Source: Octopus bimaculoides | Lineage: Eukaryota | DNA: 43,109 nt | Assembly (NCBI RefSeq): GCF_001194135.2 | Contig: NC_068989.1 | Location: 48,623,832 to 48,666,940, forward strand | Reading direction: 5' to 3' | Shown: piece after piece, positions 22,650 to 35,010 of the stretch | Layout: each line of letters opens with the position of its first letter | Numbering within the stretch: position 1 is the first letter of the stretch | The notes under the pieces: model-generated | What the model was told of the DNA's origin: nothing | Database searches by the model: none | What the model saw: the letters and a program-made list of their open reading frames with translations, nothing else | Translations under genes and position numbers: made by a program

Positions 22650-23995
22650 TTATGTGTGGAAGAAGGAGCAGTACCCATGGCCTTTGCAAGCCCTCCAAGG
22701 CTCATCACACAGTTTAAGTTCCACTTAAACTGTTGCATGTTAACATTTGCAAGAAAGACATGAACAAGGAGGACATTCGAGAGGATTAATTTTCAGGAGA
22801 GGAAAGACTGGGTCTTGTAGTTAGAGTGGGGCTTGAGCATTTAAACATAATAAAGTTGATAAGAAGAGGAGAGATGAGTATGTAAAGAGTGCATGAGTGG
22901 AGACAGCATGAGACCAGCCAAAAGCAGAAAAGGCAAACAGAAAAGACAGTATATCTATGGTACAGAGCTTGAAGTATATTTGGGAGTGAGTTTATGGCAA
23001 TTAGTCAAGTGACCTTTCATAGGATGTTTGTGTGTGCAGCAGTGACACCACCATCTCAAGTGTGAAAGCAAAACTCCATTGTGAGTCTTACATGAGTTTT
23101 GAAGAGTGTCAATAATTGTTGGAATATGAGGTGCCTTCTTGCCCAAAAGAGAAGGACTAGGCTTTGGAATGTGCTTCAAGCTCTGTTAAGGGTGTACTTT
23201 TGCAAGGAGAGTTTTTACTGATAGTGAGACCTGACATTTGGACTAATTGTGAGGTCTCTAGTTGAGAGCTGCTCCTGTTTAGAGAGACGTGGTACAATGA
23301 TGTTTTCTTGATAGTCATAATGCTTGTGTATTTTTGTTGTTCAAAAAGACAAGAATGACATGACTAAAGCATCCCCCACTAGAGGATGCTTTAGAGGTCA
23401 CAGTGCATGGAATCAGTGCAAGTTGGGCATGTGGTGTCTAGACTGCAAGTGGACGATGAGCAACTGAGGAAGGTCAGGAAGAATGAAAAGTTGCAGTCAT
23501 CAGTGCAAGAATGAGCCTTGTTAGATCATTGCAGCAAGTAAGTCATTGATGTATGGAAGGAATAAAGTGAAAATAGAGACAAAACCAAGCCCTGGGGGTG
23601 GGAGACAGTAGGATTGATTGTGGGACACACAGAGCAATGTACATATGTTGTGATAGTGTGATCTGATAGGAAGCTACTTATCCAAAATCTGACAGATTGG
23701 ACCCCATAGGTAAGAAGTTTTGATATGATATTGCATGACAAATACTATCAAAGATTTTGCTAATGTCTACAGAAACAACAATGCTTTCACTAAATTTCTC
23801 TAAAAAAGAACTCACTTGTGAGTGACATAAGAGTATTGGCTCCTGGTGGATCTGGCTCTATGAAGGCTATACATGTGGTTGTTATAATACTGAGAATGAG
23901 AAGTGTCAGCTGTTTCAGCCAACCGCGGACACATTAGAGAAAATAGTTTTGGATGTACACAGACAGGATAGTTATGCTTGGAATAACAAACTGAT
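22650..23995 (-). mobile_element. Decayed CR1/Jockey-group LINE, reverse transcriptase region to 3' end
   Basis: Remnants in the correct order: HRARSTR..YVTH (GFRRARST), VDISKIFDSICH (DISKAFD), KLLTYGV..FWISSFLSD, PQGLVL (PQGSVL), YINDLL, TDD (ADD), TLFKTHVRLTMEFC. Confidence 0.75.
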
Positions 23996-25164
23996 AGCTG
24001 TAGAAAAGTCTACACTAAAGAAAATGCTCAATAGTAAAATATAAACAAGATGAGATTAAAGGGAAGATTATGGTAATATTCTCTTGAGAAAAAAGAAATC
24101 TGTAATTTATATAATCATGGCACCAGTACTACAGAGGTTGTCTTATGCAGGCAAGACAATTTTAATAAACAATGAAGATATTACAGTTGAGCTATCAAAC
24201 ACTGCATTCCACTAGATCAATATATAACCTCAGATGATATACCTAAGTAGATATTTCAACTAATATTCACCAATGAATTTCTTCAAAATAATATTCAATT
24301 TCAATCATTTAATATTCCTAATCAGAGATTTCCCACCTTGTATTCTTAGTCAACAAAGCAGTCTCTATCTACATAGTTGCTTAACTTGCTAGAAATAGTA
24401 ATTAAATCTACTTCAAATTACACTAACCATCTAAAAGAAAAAGACGTTGGACAAGGCAGTTTTATATATACAAAAAGACTATGACTATGACTAGAAAAGA
24501 AAAAAAAAACCTTCCATTCTACTTCTGCCCAACCAGGGGTGGCCTAGAGGTAAACAATTCCTGCTGAGAGCTACAGTTGGTTAATTCAATAATAGAACAA
24601 CTGGTTACAGCATTGATGATTTTTGCATTCTTTTACAGCAACCATGTAGGCACAATCAAGATGCATACTTCTTTTTGGCTCACTTCATGTACATAAATAA
24701 AAATTATATTTAGGTACAACTTACTATTTTAATCATTAGCAATGTATAATTAACAAATACTTCATTAGATTTTAGCAACCATCTCAACAGTTTAAGCAAA
24801 AAACAATACCATTCTGATTGCCTGCTTAATTTAATATACTAAACGAAACTTTATAACTTTTGCACTTAATATTTTGTGCTCTTTCTTAGTCTATTATATA
24901 TTCTATTAAATTAAATACAATTTGTATCAGGAGCCCATTATTTGGAAATAAATTCTTCACAATCAAATGAAATACTTACTACTACTACTACTACTGCTGC
25001 TGTCATCACCACCATTGTTTTTACATGTAGCTGTCCATGTTAGTGTGTGTTAGATAGAAAATTTCAAGGCAGTGTTTTATGGCTGGATGCCTTTCCTGAT
25101 ACCAACCTCTTTTAGTTGTCTCTCATGCCATGCAGACATATGGTACACCTATTCTAAAACTGGG

Positions 25165-25206
<42 letters not shown>

Positions 25207-25803
25207 TAAGCCACTGGTTTTTCCGTATCCTTGGTTTCAAAACTCTGATGGATTAACCATTTTGACATACCACGTGTGTTCATTTTGACACATCACATGT
25301 GTTCATTCATCACCACATCTCTACCCTACTGATTATACACTTCTCATATGTCTAAAGTACCGTGAATAGTTCTACTTGATCTTTGACCAATATAGATTGG
25401 TATTTACATCTCACACTAACACTGACACTCTCAGTTCTTTTACTTGAAGTAGCCATGCCTAAGGGTAACTTTAAGCAGAGGATCAATCAAAATTTTGGTA
25501 GAGCCATTAAAAAGTAATGTGTAAATAATGCATGTAAGCACATGATACATACAATACCACCCCTGGTTGAGCAATGAACTAGACTGGCAACAATAGGAAT
25601 TTCAAGTTCCTTCATAATTTATCAAGATTAAAAGGGGGTGCAGGACCATTGGCAGCTGGAAAATTAGTGGTGTACCTGTATATTAAATTGAGGTCTAGGT
25701 ATGACTGTGTAGTTGATATCTTCACTTGAAACATGTAGTTTTGGATTCCATCCCACTGTGTTGTGTGAGTAAAATATTTGGTAAACGGAATCTGTATAGA
25801 ACC

Positions 25804-25840
<37 letters not shown>

Positions 25841-25949
25841 CGTCCCCTGGGGTACACACATGTCTGTGAGACTGTTTCGTTGTGTTTCCATACTGATACT
25901 GAACATAGTTTTTACTAGTTTTGATGCATGAAATAAAAACATATCATAA

Positions 25950-26240
25950 TCATCACCACTATTTAATGTCCGTTTTCCATGCTGGCATGGATTGGACAAT
26001 TTGACTAGAACTGGTAAGAAGGAGAGCTGCACCAGGTTCCAATTTGACTTGGTTTAGTTTTTCCAGCTGGATGCTCTTCCTAATGTCAACCACTTTACAG
26101 AGTGTGCTGGGAGCTTTTCATATGGCATCAGCATAGATGCTTTTACGTGGTGTAGGCACAGGTACTGTTATGTAGTACCAGCATGAGAGCTTTTTACATT
26201 GCACCAGCATGACAGCTTTTTATGTTGTGCCAGTATGATA
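25950..26240 (-). mobile_element. Truncated RTE-family 3' tail
   Basis: ATTTAATGTCCGTTTTCCATGCTGGCATGG...CAGCTGGATGCTCTTCCTAATG, homologous to 10700-10900. Confidence 0.75.
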
Positions 26241-26379
26241 AAAAAGAAATAAAGGTTGGCAACAGGAAGTGGCTCCAACCAAACAATACTGTCTGAATAA
26301 ATTTCATCCCAAACTATGCCAACATGGGAAAAAAAAAAACAGGTTTAAGCATGATGATGATGTTATATCTTTGACAGCT

Positions 26380-26764
26380 GTGGAGGCGCAATGGCCCAGT
26401 GGTTAGGGCAGCGGACTCGCGGTCATAGGATCACGGTTTTGATTCCCAGACCGAGCGTTGCGAGTGTTTATTGAGCAAAAACACCTAAAGCTCCACGAGG
26501 CTCCGGCAGGGGATGGTGGTGAATCCTGCTGTACTCTTTCACCACAACTTTCTCTTGCTCTTACTTCCTGTTTCTGTTGTGCCTGTAATTCAAAGGGCCA
26601 GCCTTGTCACACTGTGTCACGCTGAATATCCCCGAGAACTACGTTAAGGGTGCACGTGTCTGTGGGGTGCTCAGCCACTTGCACGTTAATTTCACGAGCA
26701 GGCTGTTCCGTAGATTGGATCAACTGGAACCCTCAACGTCGTAAGCGACGGAGTGCCAACAACA
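26380..26764 (+). mobile_element. Full-length young tRNA-derived SINE with 13-bp TSD
   Basis: A box TGGCCCAGTGG, B-box-like GGTTTTGATTCCC, CpG-rich body and (CAA)n tail. ATCTTTGACAGCT occurs at 26367-26379 and 26765-26777. Confidence 0.9.
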
Positions 26765-27275
26765 ATCTTTGACAGCTAAATAAAATATAGGGTATTTCCT
26801 CTCACATGGATAGCTTAAAGGCAGCTGTGGTTCTGCCAGGGTGATCCAATCTAAACACAGAACATAAAGATGAAACCTTCAGTGGTTCCTGCAATGATTC
26901 TACAGGGTGTGAAGGTTGATGATAGTTGTGTCCTCCAAACATGATATAAAATGTGAAGGTGAAACTTTAATGTTTGAAAGTTTCCAGTCTGCACATAAAA
27001 ATGATTCGATTTTATTAATTAATACTGCTTGGAACTGCAGATATAATTGTTTATTTATGGAAGCATCTTTGTATCTATTACTCTCACTCTTTCTTTCTCT
27101 TATATGCACTTTGGAAACACACACACACACACAAACATATATGTGTGTATATATATATATATGTATGTATGTATGTATAAAACTGTTTGTCTCTGTATAT
27201 GTATACATGAATTATAAATGTAGTTGTGTTTATATGAATGGATAAATTCATATCTGTGCAAGTGTAAACACACAC

Positions 27276-27278
<3 letters not shown>

Positions 27279-27327
<49 letters not shown>

Positions 27328-27573
27328 NNNNNNNNNNNNNNNNNNNNNNNNNNNNNNNNNNNNNNNNNNNNNNNNNNNNNNNNNNNNNNNNNNNNNNNNN
27401 NNNNNNNNNNNNNNNNNNNNNNNNNNNNNNNNNNNNNNNNNNNNNNNNNNNNNNNNNNNNNNNNNNNNNNNNNNNNNNNNNNNNNNNNNNNNNNNNNNNN
27501 NNNNNNNNNNNNNNNNNNNNNNNNNNNNNNNNNNNNNNNNNNNNNNNNNNNNNNNNNNNNNNNNNNNNNNNNN

Positions 27574-27615
<42 letters not shown>
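27279..27615. other. Assembly gap (N 27328-27573) within (TA)n
   Basis: Seen directly. Confidence 0.98.
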
Positions 27616-27618
<3 letters not shown>

Positions 27619-28748
27619 CATACCAATAGAATAAAAATACAAAGGTTGTTTAGCAGTTGCAATGGTTGAACTGGTTACCACGATGACGACGAAACAACGA
27701 CAATAATAATAATAATAATGATAATAATAAATTGTTACTATTATAGCCATGGTGATAACAATGGCAATGTGAGCAAAATGAAGATTTCATTTATCAACCC
27801 AATGATGATAATGATGATGATAATTTGCCAAGTTTCAAAGATGACAGAGAGGAAAAGTTCAAATCAATAGATTTTGATTTTTGGCAATGTCCAATAGCTT
27901 AAAATGATGTATGCAGATGCCTGATATTGTGACCATCCTTGATATATTTATGGCTCCCATTACTATTCTTGACTTCCAATTTCTCTGTGGCCTTTATTTT
28001 TACTGACAACCCTGGATATTGCTTTCTTCTTATAACCAACATGAATGAATAAAGCTACAGTGATAAGAAGGTTGCTGATTAACAAGATAAAAAGTGACAA
28101 AAGGATATTTCTCAAAAGTCTTGAACTCTGACCAACCAAAATCTAGTATTTTCTAAGTACCTTCTAAATCTTGATCTGACCTCTGTGCAAGAAATGAAAT
28201 AATTTTCATGACAGAAAATACTGCAGTAAGTTCTATAACGTGTATGTTTAACAAAGAAATAAGTGTTCAGTTCCTTGAGATAACGAAAATGCTGTCAAGG
28301 CTGGAGAAATCTAGAAGCAAGTTCAACAAGGGTTGCTAGTTTAGAGCAAAGACTTGGCAACCTAGTTAAATACAGAAGTGCCATTAACACAAATATCAGC
28401 AACATACACTGTTCTGTCACTTTTCTCTATTCAAACATCATCTACATGCCATGTAAATAAACACTGCCAATCATACATATCATTTAACAACAAGACATGC
28501 TTGAAGGAGAAACTTGTTAATTCAATCATATTCAATTGCAGTAGAACGCATGAGACCCCTATTTGTGATCAATCAGACCACTGGTTCAAAACTTCATACC
28601 CACCGACCATGCTTAATAACATTTAATTGTCTCTCAAAGAAAGAATGAATGAATGAATGTACGTACATACCTACCTACCTACCCACCTATCTATTTATCT
28701 GTCTGTCCGTCCATCCATCCATCCATCTGTCTATATATATACATATAT

Positions 28749-28982
28749 GGCACATAAAAGACACCATTTCGAGCGTGGCCGTTTTTGTGCGGGTGACACG
28801 TAAAAGCACCCACCACACTCTCTGAGTGGTTGGCGTTAGGAAGGGCATCCAGCTGTAGAAACTCTGCCAAATTAGATTGGAGCCTGGTGTTGCCATCCGG
28901 TTTCACCAGTCCTCAGTCAAATCGTCCAACCCATGCTAGCATGGAAAGCGGACGTTAAACGATGATGATGATGATGATGATG
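28749..28982 (+). mobile_element. Young 5'-truncated RTE-family 3' tail with (GAT)n tail
   Basis: Reverse complement of the 10692-10940 UTR with CpGs retained; ends CGGACGTTAAACGATGATGATG. Confidence 0.85.
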
Positions 28983-29057
28983 ATATATACACACACACAC
29001 AAGTGAGTGTACAATCAAAAGAAAATGGCACTCAACATATTTAGAAAGAGTTACATG

Positions 29058-29233
29058 TATTATTTAAAACAGTTTGATTCAGGTCCATGTGAATGAAAGT
29101 TTCATGGGCCTTCATAGATATCCATTTCTTTCAGGTCTAGATTATCAAATTCAGTAAGCTAAGCTTGAAATAGACAACTTTCTGTTAGAAACCTGAGAAA
29201 CTTGGGAAATGAATCAAACTGTTTTAAATAATA
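29058..29233. mobile_element. 176-bp MITE with perfect 24-bp TIRs
   Basis: TATTATTTAAAACAGTTTGATTCA (29058-29081) and its exact reverse complement at 29210-29233. Confidence 0.8.
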
Positions 29234-29254
29234 TATATATACATCATCATCATC

Positions 29255-30048
29255 ATTGCACTAGATCGCCTTTGTTATTGTTTGGTTTGGGTTTAAAAGT
29301 TCAAAATGAACTAAACCTTTCATATCCCACCAAATAGGTAACAACACTTTATGTGGGTAAAGACCTTCTTTAGCCCGGGGTGCCAGTGTTTCTCCTTTCC
29401 CTATTCACTGTCTTCAGTGCTTGACATTTGTATAGAGAACCCATTTTTCGTCACCAGTCACTATTCGGTCCAAAAAAGGTTCATTCGTGAGATGAGACAG
29501 AAAAGAAGAGCACATATTCACTCTTTGTGCACGATTAGACTTGGAAAGTTTGTGAGGAACCCATTGACCCAATTTGCTAACTTTTCCAGGTGTCGATGAA
29601 TAATTGAATGACCAAATCCAAGCTTCTCTGCTAGTTCCTCAATAGTTACAATGGGATTTTGTTCCACTAGGGTTTGCAGGACATCCTTATCAATCTCTAC
29701 AGATCTGCCAGCATGTGGCTCGTCTTCTTGGCTGTAGTTTTTGGCTCAGAATTTCTAGAGCCACTGTTGACACTGGCTTACGTTTATTGTCCGATCCCCA
29801 TATCACATTGCTTTTATTGAACTCATAAAGCAAAATATCCTGAATATGCTCCTTTGTCACTTCTATTATAGCTTTGAAAAAAATAACTGATAGAATCGAA
29901 CTGCACTCTTCAAAACTTCCACTAAGAATAAGTACAAAGTAAACTTACTATCTGCTTTTATAGCAAGTTGATGCAGGTAGTTTATCCTCCACCTCTGACT
30001 TTTAATTCATGTAACTGAAAAAACTGCATTATTTATGGGATAACCCAA
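29255..30048 (-). mobile_element. Mariner transposon, 5' half (TIR, HTH region, start of DDD catalytic domain), decayed
   Basis: TA|TTGGGTTATCCC terminus at 30048. Frames give EVTKEHIQDILLYEFNK, EDEPHAGRS, KLGQWVPHKL, FLDRIVTGDEKWVLY and LYPHKVLLPIWWDMKG. Start codon is mutated and the sequence breaks off at a (CAT)n tract. Confidence 0.9.
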
Positions 30049-30078
30049 TATAATAATATATATATATATAATAATATA

Positions 30079-32007
30079 TCTGTATATAAAAAACAAAGGA
30101 TGTCTGTGTTTGTGTGTGTAATACGTATGCATTTCTACAGTTTTCAACCAATTTTCACCTAACTTTAAACACACATTACTTATGTGCCAAGGACAGTCCT
30201 GCACTATAGCATTTTGTCCAGAGTTCCTGCATAAAGTGAGAAACCAGGAAAAATGGTGTTTTACATAGGTTTTTCTCTAAAAACTTCTGCAATTTTCAAC
30301 CGGTTCTCTCCCTTTTCTTTCTGCTTATTTTTCCCTTCTCATTCTCTGTTTCTCTTACTTACACATACTCTCTCTCACCCTCTGTAATAGTTCTTCTCTT
30401 TTGGTCTATGTCTGTTTCTTTCACACTCTTTCTTTCTTTAACTCACTCACACACTCACAAATTTCTGTCTACAAATTGACTTCCATGTATTTCAATTAGC
30501 CATGCGTAAAAATCTCCGTTGTTACGGTATTTGTACATTCTCCCTGAAAAATAATTTAATTTTTGTTCACTCAGTCTGTTTAAATTTAGTTTTGCCACAT
30601 ATACCTAAAAACTGACTTCCACGTATTTTAATTTTCTTGTGTGTAAATATCTTTGCCTTTATGGCATTTGTATGTTCTCCCTACAACATTACTTATTTAA
30701 AATTTTTTGCACTCCATCTATTTAAATACACTATTTACATTTCTCCCTCTATCAAAAAACGTTGTGTAACGTTGTGTGTGCAGTCATGCATGCATACGTA
30801 TGATCGCTATGGGCCACATACAGTCAATAAGCCTTTATTATTAACTAATGACATTTCAACCATGCCACTGAGCGGTCATGTGTTAGAAAAAGCTATCCTA
30901 AAGTGGCTCAAGTTTTTTCACTCAAGCTATTTTCTTCTAGAGCTTTACATTGTTTACAGAGAGGTTCTGTAAGCTTTCTATGCACTTAACTCTACGTGTC
31001 TTTCAGAATACTTGCTCCAATAAGCTCACAATTTGTGTAAATGCCAAAAAGAAGTGGGTACAAAGAAAGGCTGGTCAAGATGTTAATGGACATCCTGGCA
31101 ATTACCTTGGGAGAGTTTATACAGTCCATCCCAGTCAACAGGAGTGTTTCCAGGATCTGAAAACCTTTGACGACTAGTTATGTGAAACATACCGGGAGGC
31201 CTGTTTCAAGCACAGGTTGCTAGAAGATGGGGCACAATGGGATGCAATGCTGGCAGAGGGCGCTACATCAAAGTCTCAGCCTCAGGAGAGTTTACACAGT
31301 CCATCAAAGTCAATAGGAGTGATACTACCTCGGTCTCTTACTGCATGAAGTCAGATGACTGTGTTTCCATGACCTGAATACCTTTGATGGCGAGGTACGT
31401 GGAACATACCAGGAGGCCTGCTTCAAGCACTGGTTGCTAGAAGATGGGGCACAGTGTCATGCAACACTGGCAGAGGCCACTGCTCAAAGTCCCCCAAAAG
31501 TGTCAGGGCATTGTTTGCAAACATGCATGTTATGTGATCCCAGTTCTTTGTGGTTCAAGTACAGGGGTGTGGAAAGAGAGAGGATGTCTTCATACCGAGG
31601 ATTCCCCTTATTCCATTGGGAGTGGAAATCCCCTTTACTTTCAGACAATTGCAATTTCCTATTTGTGTAAGTTTTGTGATGTCAAGTAACAAATCACAGG
31701 GACAAACATTCTCTGTGACAGGACTCCATTTGAAGGACTCATTTGCAGTGCTGCCGAAGTTGGTAAGTTTGTACAATTTATATGTTTTTACTGAAAAATT
31801 GACTGTACCGTATGTTTTAAAGATTTTAAATTTCAATATTCTTTCTTTTTTTATATGTATTTTCATCAATTTCATGTCATTATACACCCATATATTTCAA
31901 ATTTTCTAAGAAAAACTGATATTTTTCTCTATTTTTGTGGTTGTGACATATTTCAAAAATATTTTGTACGTTTTTGTGAATTGTAGTATGTTTTGGCATG
32001 AAGTTCT
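30079..32007 (+). mobile_element. Non-autonomous, internally deleted Helitron
   Basis: Candidate A|TC 5' end (ATCTGTATATAAAA). Coding remnants LGRVYTVHPSQQECF...TYREACFKHRLLEDGAQW occur twice and are joined to the PIF1 helicase C-terminus VFIPRIPLIP...PFTFRQLQFPI..SFVMSSNKSQGQT. The 3' end runs into the gap after AAGTTCT. Confidence 0.8.
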
Positions 32008-32176
32008 NNNNNNNNNNNNNNNNNNNNNNNNNNNNNNNNNNNNNNNNNNNNNNNNNNNNNNNNNNNNNNNNNNNNNNNNNNNNNNNNNNNNNNNNNNNNN
32101 NNNNNNNNNNNNNNNNNNNNNNNNNNNNNNNNNNNNNNNNNNNNNNNNNNNNNNNNNNNTATATATATATATATAT
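32008..32176. other. Assembly gap (N 32008-32159) followed by (TA)n
   Basis: Seen directly. Confidence 0.98.
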
Positions 32177-34189
32177 GCAGAACACAATTAAAAAATATTA
32201 AACATGTAAGTTTCCTTTTCTAAGAAACCAAAATATATTTTAGCTGCATAAAGTTTAAAAATCATCAATATTCTCTCTGATACAACCAAATGTTCCCAAG
32301 TACTGATGATATCCTAAGATGAAACCTCATTCATTGCTTAAATTTGTCCGAGCAATATCATAATCTATCAAGCCAATGAATTGGTAGAACATCAGACAGA
32401 ATGCCTCAGTTTTTATTCTGTCTGCACTCTGAATTTAAATTCTATAAAAATCAACTTTGCCTTTCATCTTTTCAGGGTTGATGTAAAAGTACTAATGCAG
32501 AGTAGTGGATAAGCAGAACTGTAAGAAAGTCAGACTGGCTACCTTACAGTATTTGGTCTAGCTTTTTGCAATCGAGTTCAAACCCCTCTGCGGCTTACTT
32601 GGGTGGGGGTGGGGATGTGAACTGAACCTAATGTGACAGCTTGGATGTCTTTAATGGAATCCACACTATAACAAACATTCAAGTCAAGTCTGAATGTTTG
32701 CATATACTTTCTTCCCTCTCACCCATCTGAAAGGCCCTGTAAATGGGCATGGGTACTGCCATCCTTTCTGACTGAAAAAAAAAAAAAAAAAAAATGTAAA
32801 GCCTCTCAATGAACTTGACTTACACCCTTTTGTGGTACCCACTGTGACTTATCATCTAGGCTTCTACTGTCTATTCTATCTTCCTCAGAACTGCATTGCT
32901 GCATTGTTCTTTTGTACGACTGTTCTTCTGAGAAATCCAACAAACTAGCAGACAATAATTCAAATTAGATATCAAATTAAAGAACTTCTTCCAATCATTT
33001 TGATATTTCAATCTAAGATAAACTAAAAAAAAAACAAAAACATAAAAAAAACTGTGTAATGACAATCCTTCTCTAAGTAAAACAAGACGTAACAGATTAA
33101 TTGCTACTTAACATTTAACCATTCACTTCTTGCTGGCATGGATTAGTCTGCAATATAATCCAACAACCTTTTGTGTGTCTTAATCCTATACATCACAATA
33201 ATGAAATAAAGTTCTGTATGATCATACTACTTGATCCTGAGTCTTCCTTCAAAGGTTTTTCACCAAATGAACTATTGAAGGCACTGCTACATAGTTATTT
33301 GATCTGCTAGAATTAGCAGGAAAACATACCTTAAATTACAATCTCCCTTCTTAAAGAAAGGAAGGCGACATTGGATTATATACTTCTAGATATACTAATG
33401 TCTGAGAAAGAGAAAACTGGTTAATCATAGATGGAATGCTTCTCATCACAGTTCTGCTTGATAGGAGCAGTCTTGGAACAAAGAACATTATTTTTTCAAG
33501 ACACAGAAAAAGTACAATTCATTGACATTACATAACCATACTAATATAGTCGTCTACACTACGTACAATGAACAATGTTTTTCATGCAGTGTTATACTCT
33601 TAACTCACTTGTACTCAGCTTTTTCCAAAGCTTAATGGTGAAGACTCAATGAACTCTGCTCAACTCGGTTATCACAAAATGTTCTGCAAACTACCAATAT
33701 TTTACTGCCATGCAGTAGCATACTTCATTGGTAAACACTGTATAGTTTGTCCTTTGTTCTGAGATAGAATTCCTCTGTTGCCAACAGTGCAGTGCCTATT
33801 GATAAAGCGAAGCTGACAGGTACATCAAGACTATTCAAATAAGTTATTGGACTAAGATTTTATGTAAGGGAATTCTAATTTGCCACAATCTAAAGAGATT
33901 CTCTTTATGTAGCAATTTCTAGTTATTTATATTTCCGTACACCATAGAAAGAAAGTGCCCCTTTTCAAAGGTCTTTAACAGAAAAGAATATCCTTGGGAA
34001 AATTTCTGAGAAGCAAATAACTGAATAGAAAACAATGAAGCATCTTTGTAAAGTATGATACAGTGTTTAATGAACAACACTCACCTTTAATTACATTTAT
34101 GCTGCTTATAGTAGCAACACCAAGTATTTCTGAATTCCTCTCTCACCTAGATTTATGTCACTCAAAATTAAACACTTTCTAGTGTTCAT

Positions 34190-34335
34190 CATCATCATAG
34201 TTATTGTTTTAACATCCACTTTCCCACGTTTGCATGGATCAGATAGAATTCAGTGAAGAAGAGTTTTCTATAGTCAGATACCTTTGCTGTCACCAATCCT
34301 CACCAGTTTCGAAGCAAGGCAACACTTCCTCATTT
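34190..34335 (-). mobile_element. Old LINE/SINE 3' tail with (ATG)n end, related to the RTE tail
   Basis: CATCATCATC...TTTTAACATCCACTTTCCCACGTTTGCATGG; a similar degraded copy lies at about 25005-25110. Confidence 0.5.
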
Positions 34336-34799
34336 GGAGACAGATGACACTACTTGAATGATGATGATGTTCATTTACAACAATCACACAATGTCAAGAC
34401 AATGAGACACACACACACATATACATACACATTATTATTATTACTGTTGTTGTTTCTGGCTTTACACTTTGAGTTCAAACACTGCCATAGTCAACTTTGC
34501 TTTCATCTCCTTGTGAGTAATAAAGTACTGGAGGTCAATGGTATTGACTAATATCCTACCTTCAAAACTGCAACCTTATGCCTAAATCAGAAAATAATAT
34601 TAATGAATGTTGTTGCTGCCTTATGGTGTCAAATGTGAATGGTTCTATTCCCGGAGTGCCGTTTAATTGTTTAGTAATTTTCATATTACTGCAGGATTGT
34701 CTTCATCTGACTCTGAGGCTATATTCTGTTTATTCTTTTACTTGTTTCAGTCATTTAACTGTGGCTATGCTGGAGCACTGCCTTTAGGGTTTTTTTTTA

Positions 34800-35010
34800 G
34801 TTGAAGAAATTGACCCCAGGACTTATTTTTTGTAAGCCTAGTACTTATTCTATTGGTCTCTTTTACCAAAGTGCTAAATTACATGGATGTAAACACACCA
34901 ATATCATTCATCAAGTGATGATGGGGAGACAAACACAGACACAAAGACACACACACATGAATATATACATACATACATATATATACATTGGGCTTCTTTC
35001 AGTTTCCATC
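34800..35010 (+). mobile_element. SINE fragment carrying an internal (CA)n/(TA)n tract
   Basis: GACCCCAGGACTTATT...AAGCCTAGTACTTATTCTATTGGTCTCTTTT...GGGCTTCTTTCAGTTTCC resembles an abundant octopus repeat; recognised from memory only. Confidence 0.5.

Noticed and set aside
26380-26455. tRNA-like sequence with A and B boxes
   Set aside because: It is the head of a SINE with body, tail and TSD, and no complete cloverleaf is evident.
32290-32345. CTGATGA...GAAAC spacing like a hammerhead core
   Set aside because: No stem I or stem III partner and no correctly placed NUH triplet.
32860-33830. Several short open frames with splice-like signals on both strands
   Set aside because: Mutually incompatible candidates and no recognisable homology; within chance expectation for AT-rich DNA.
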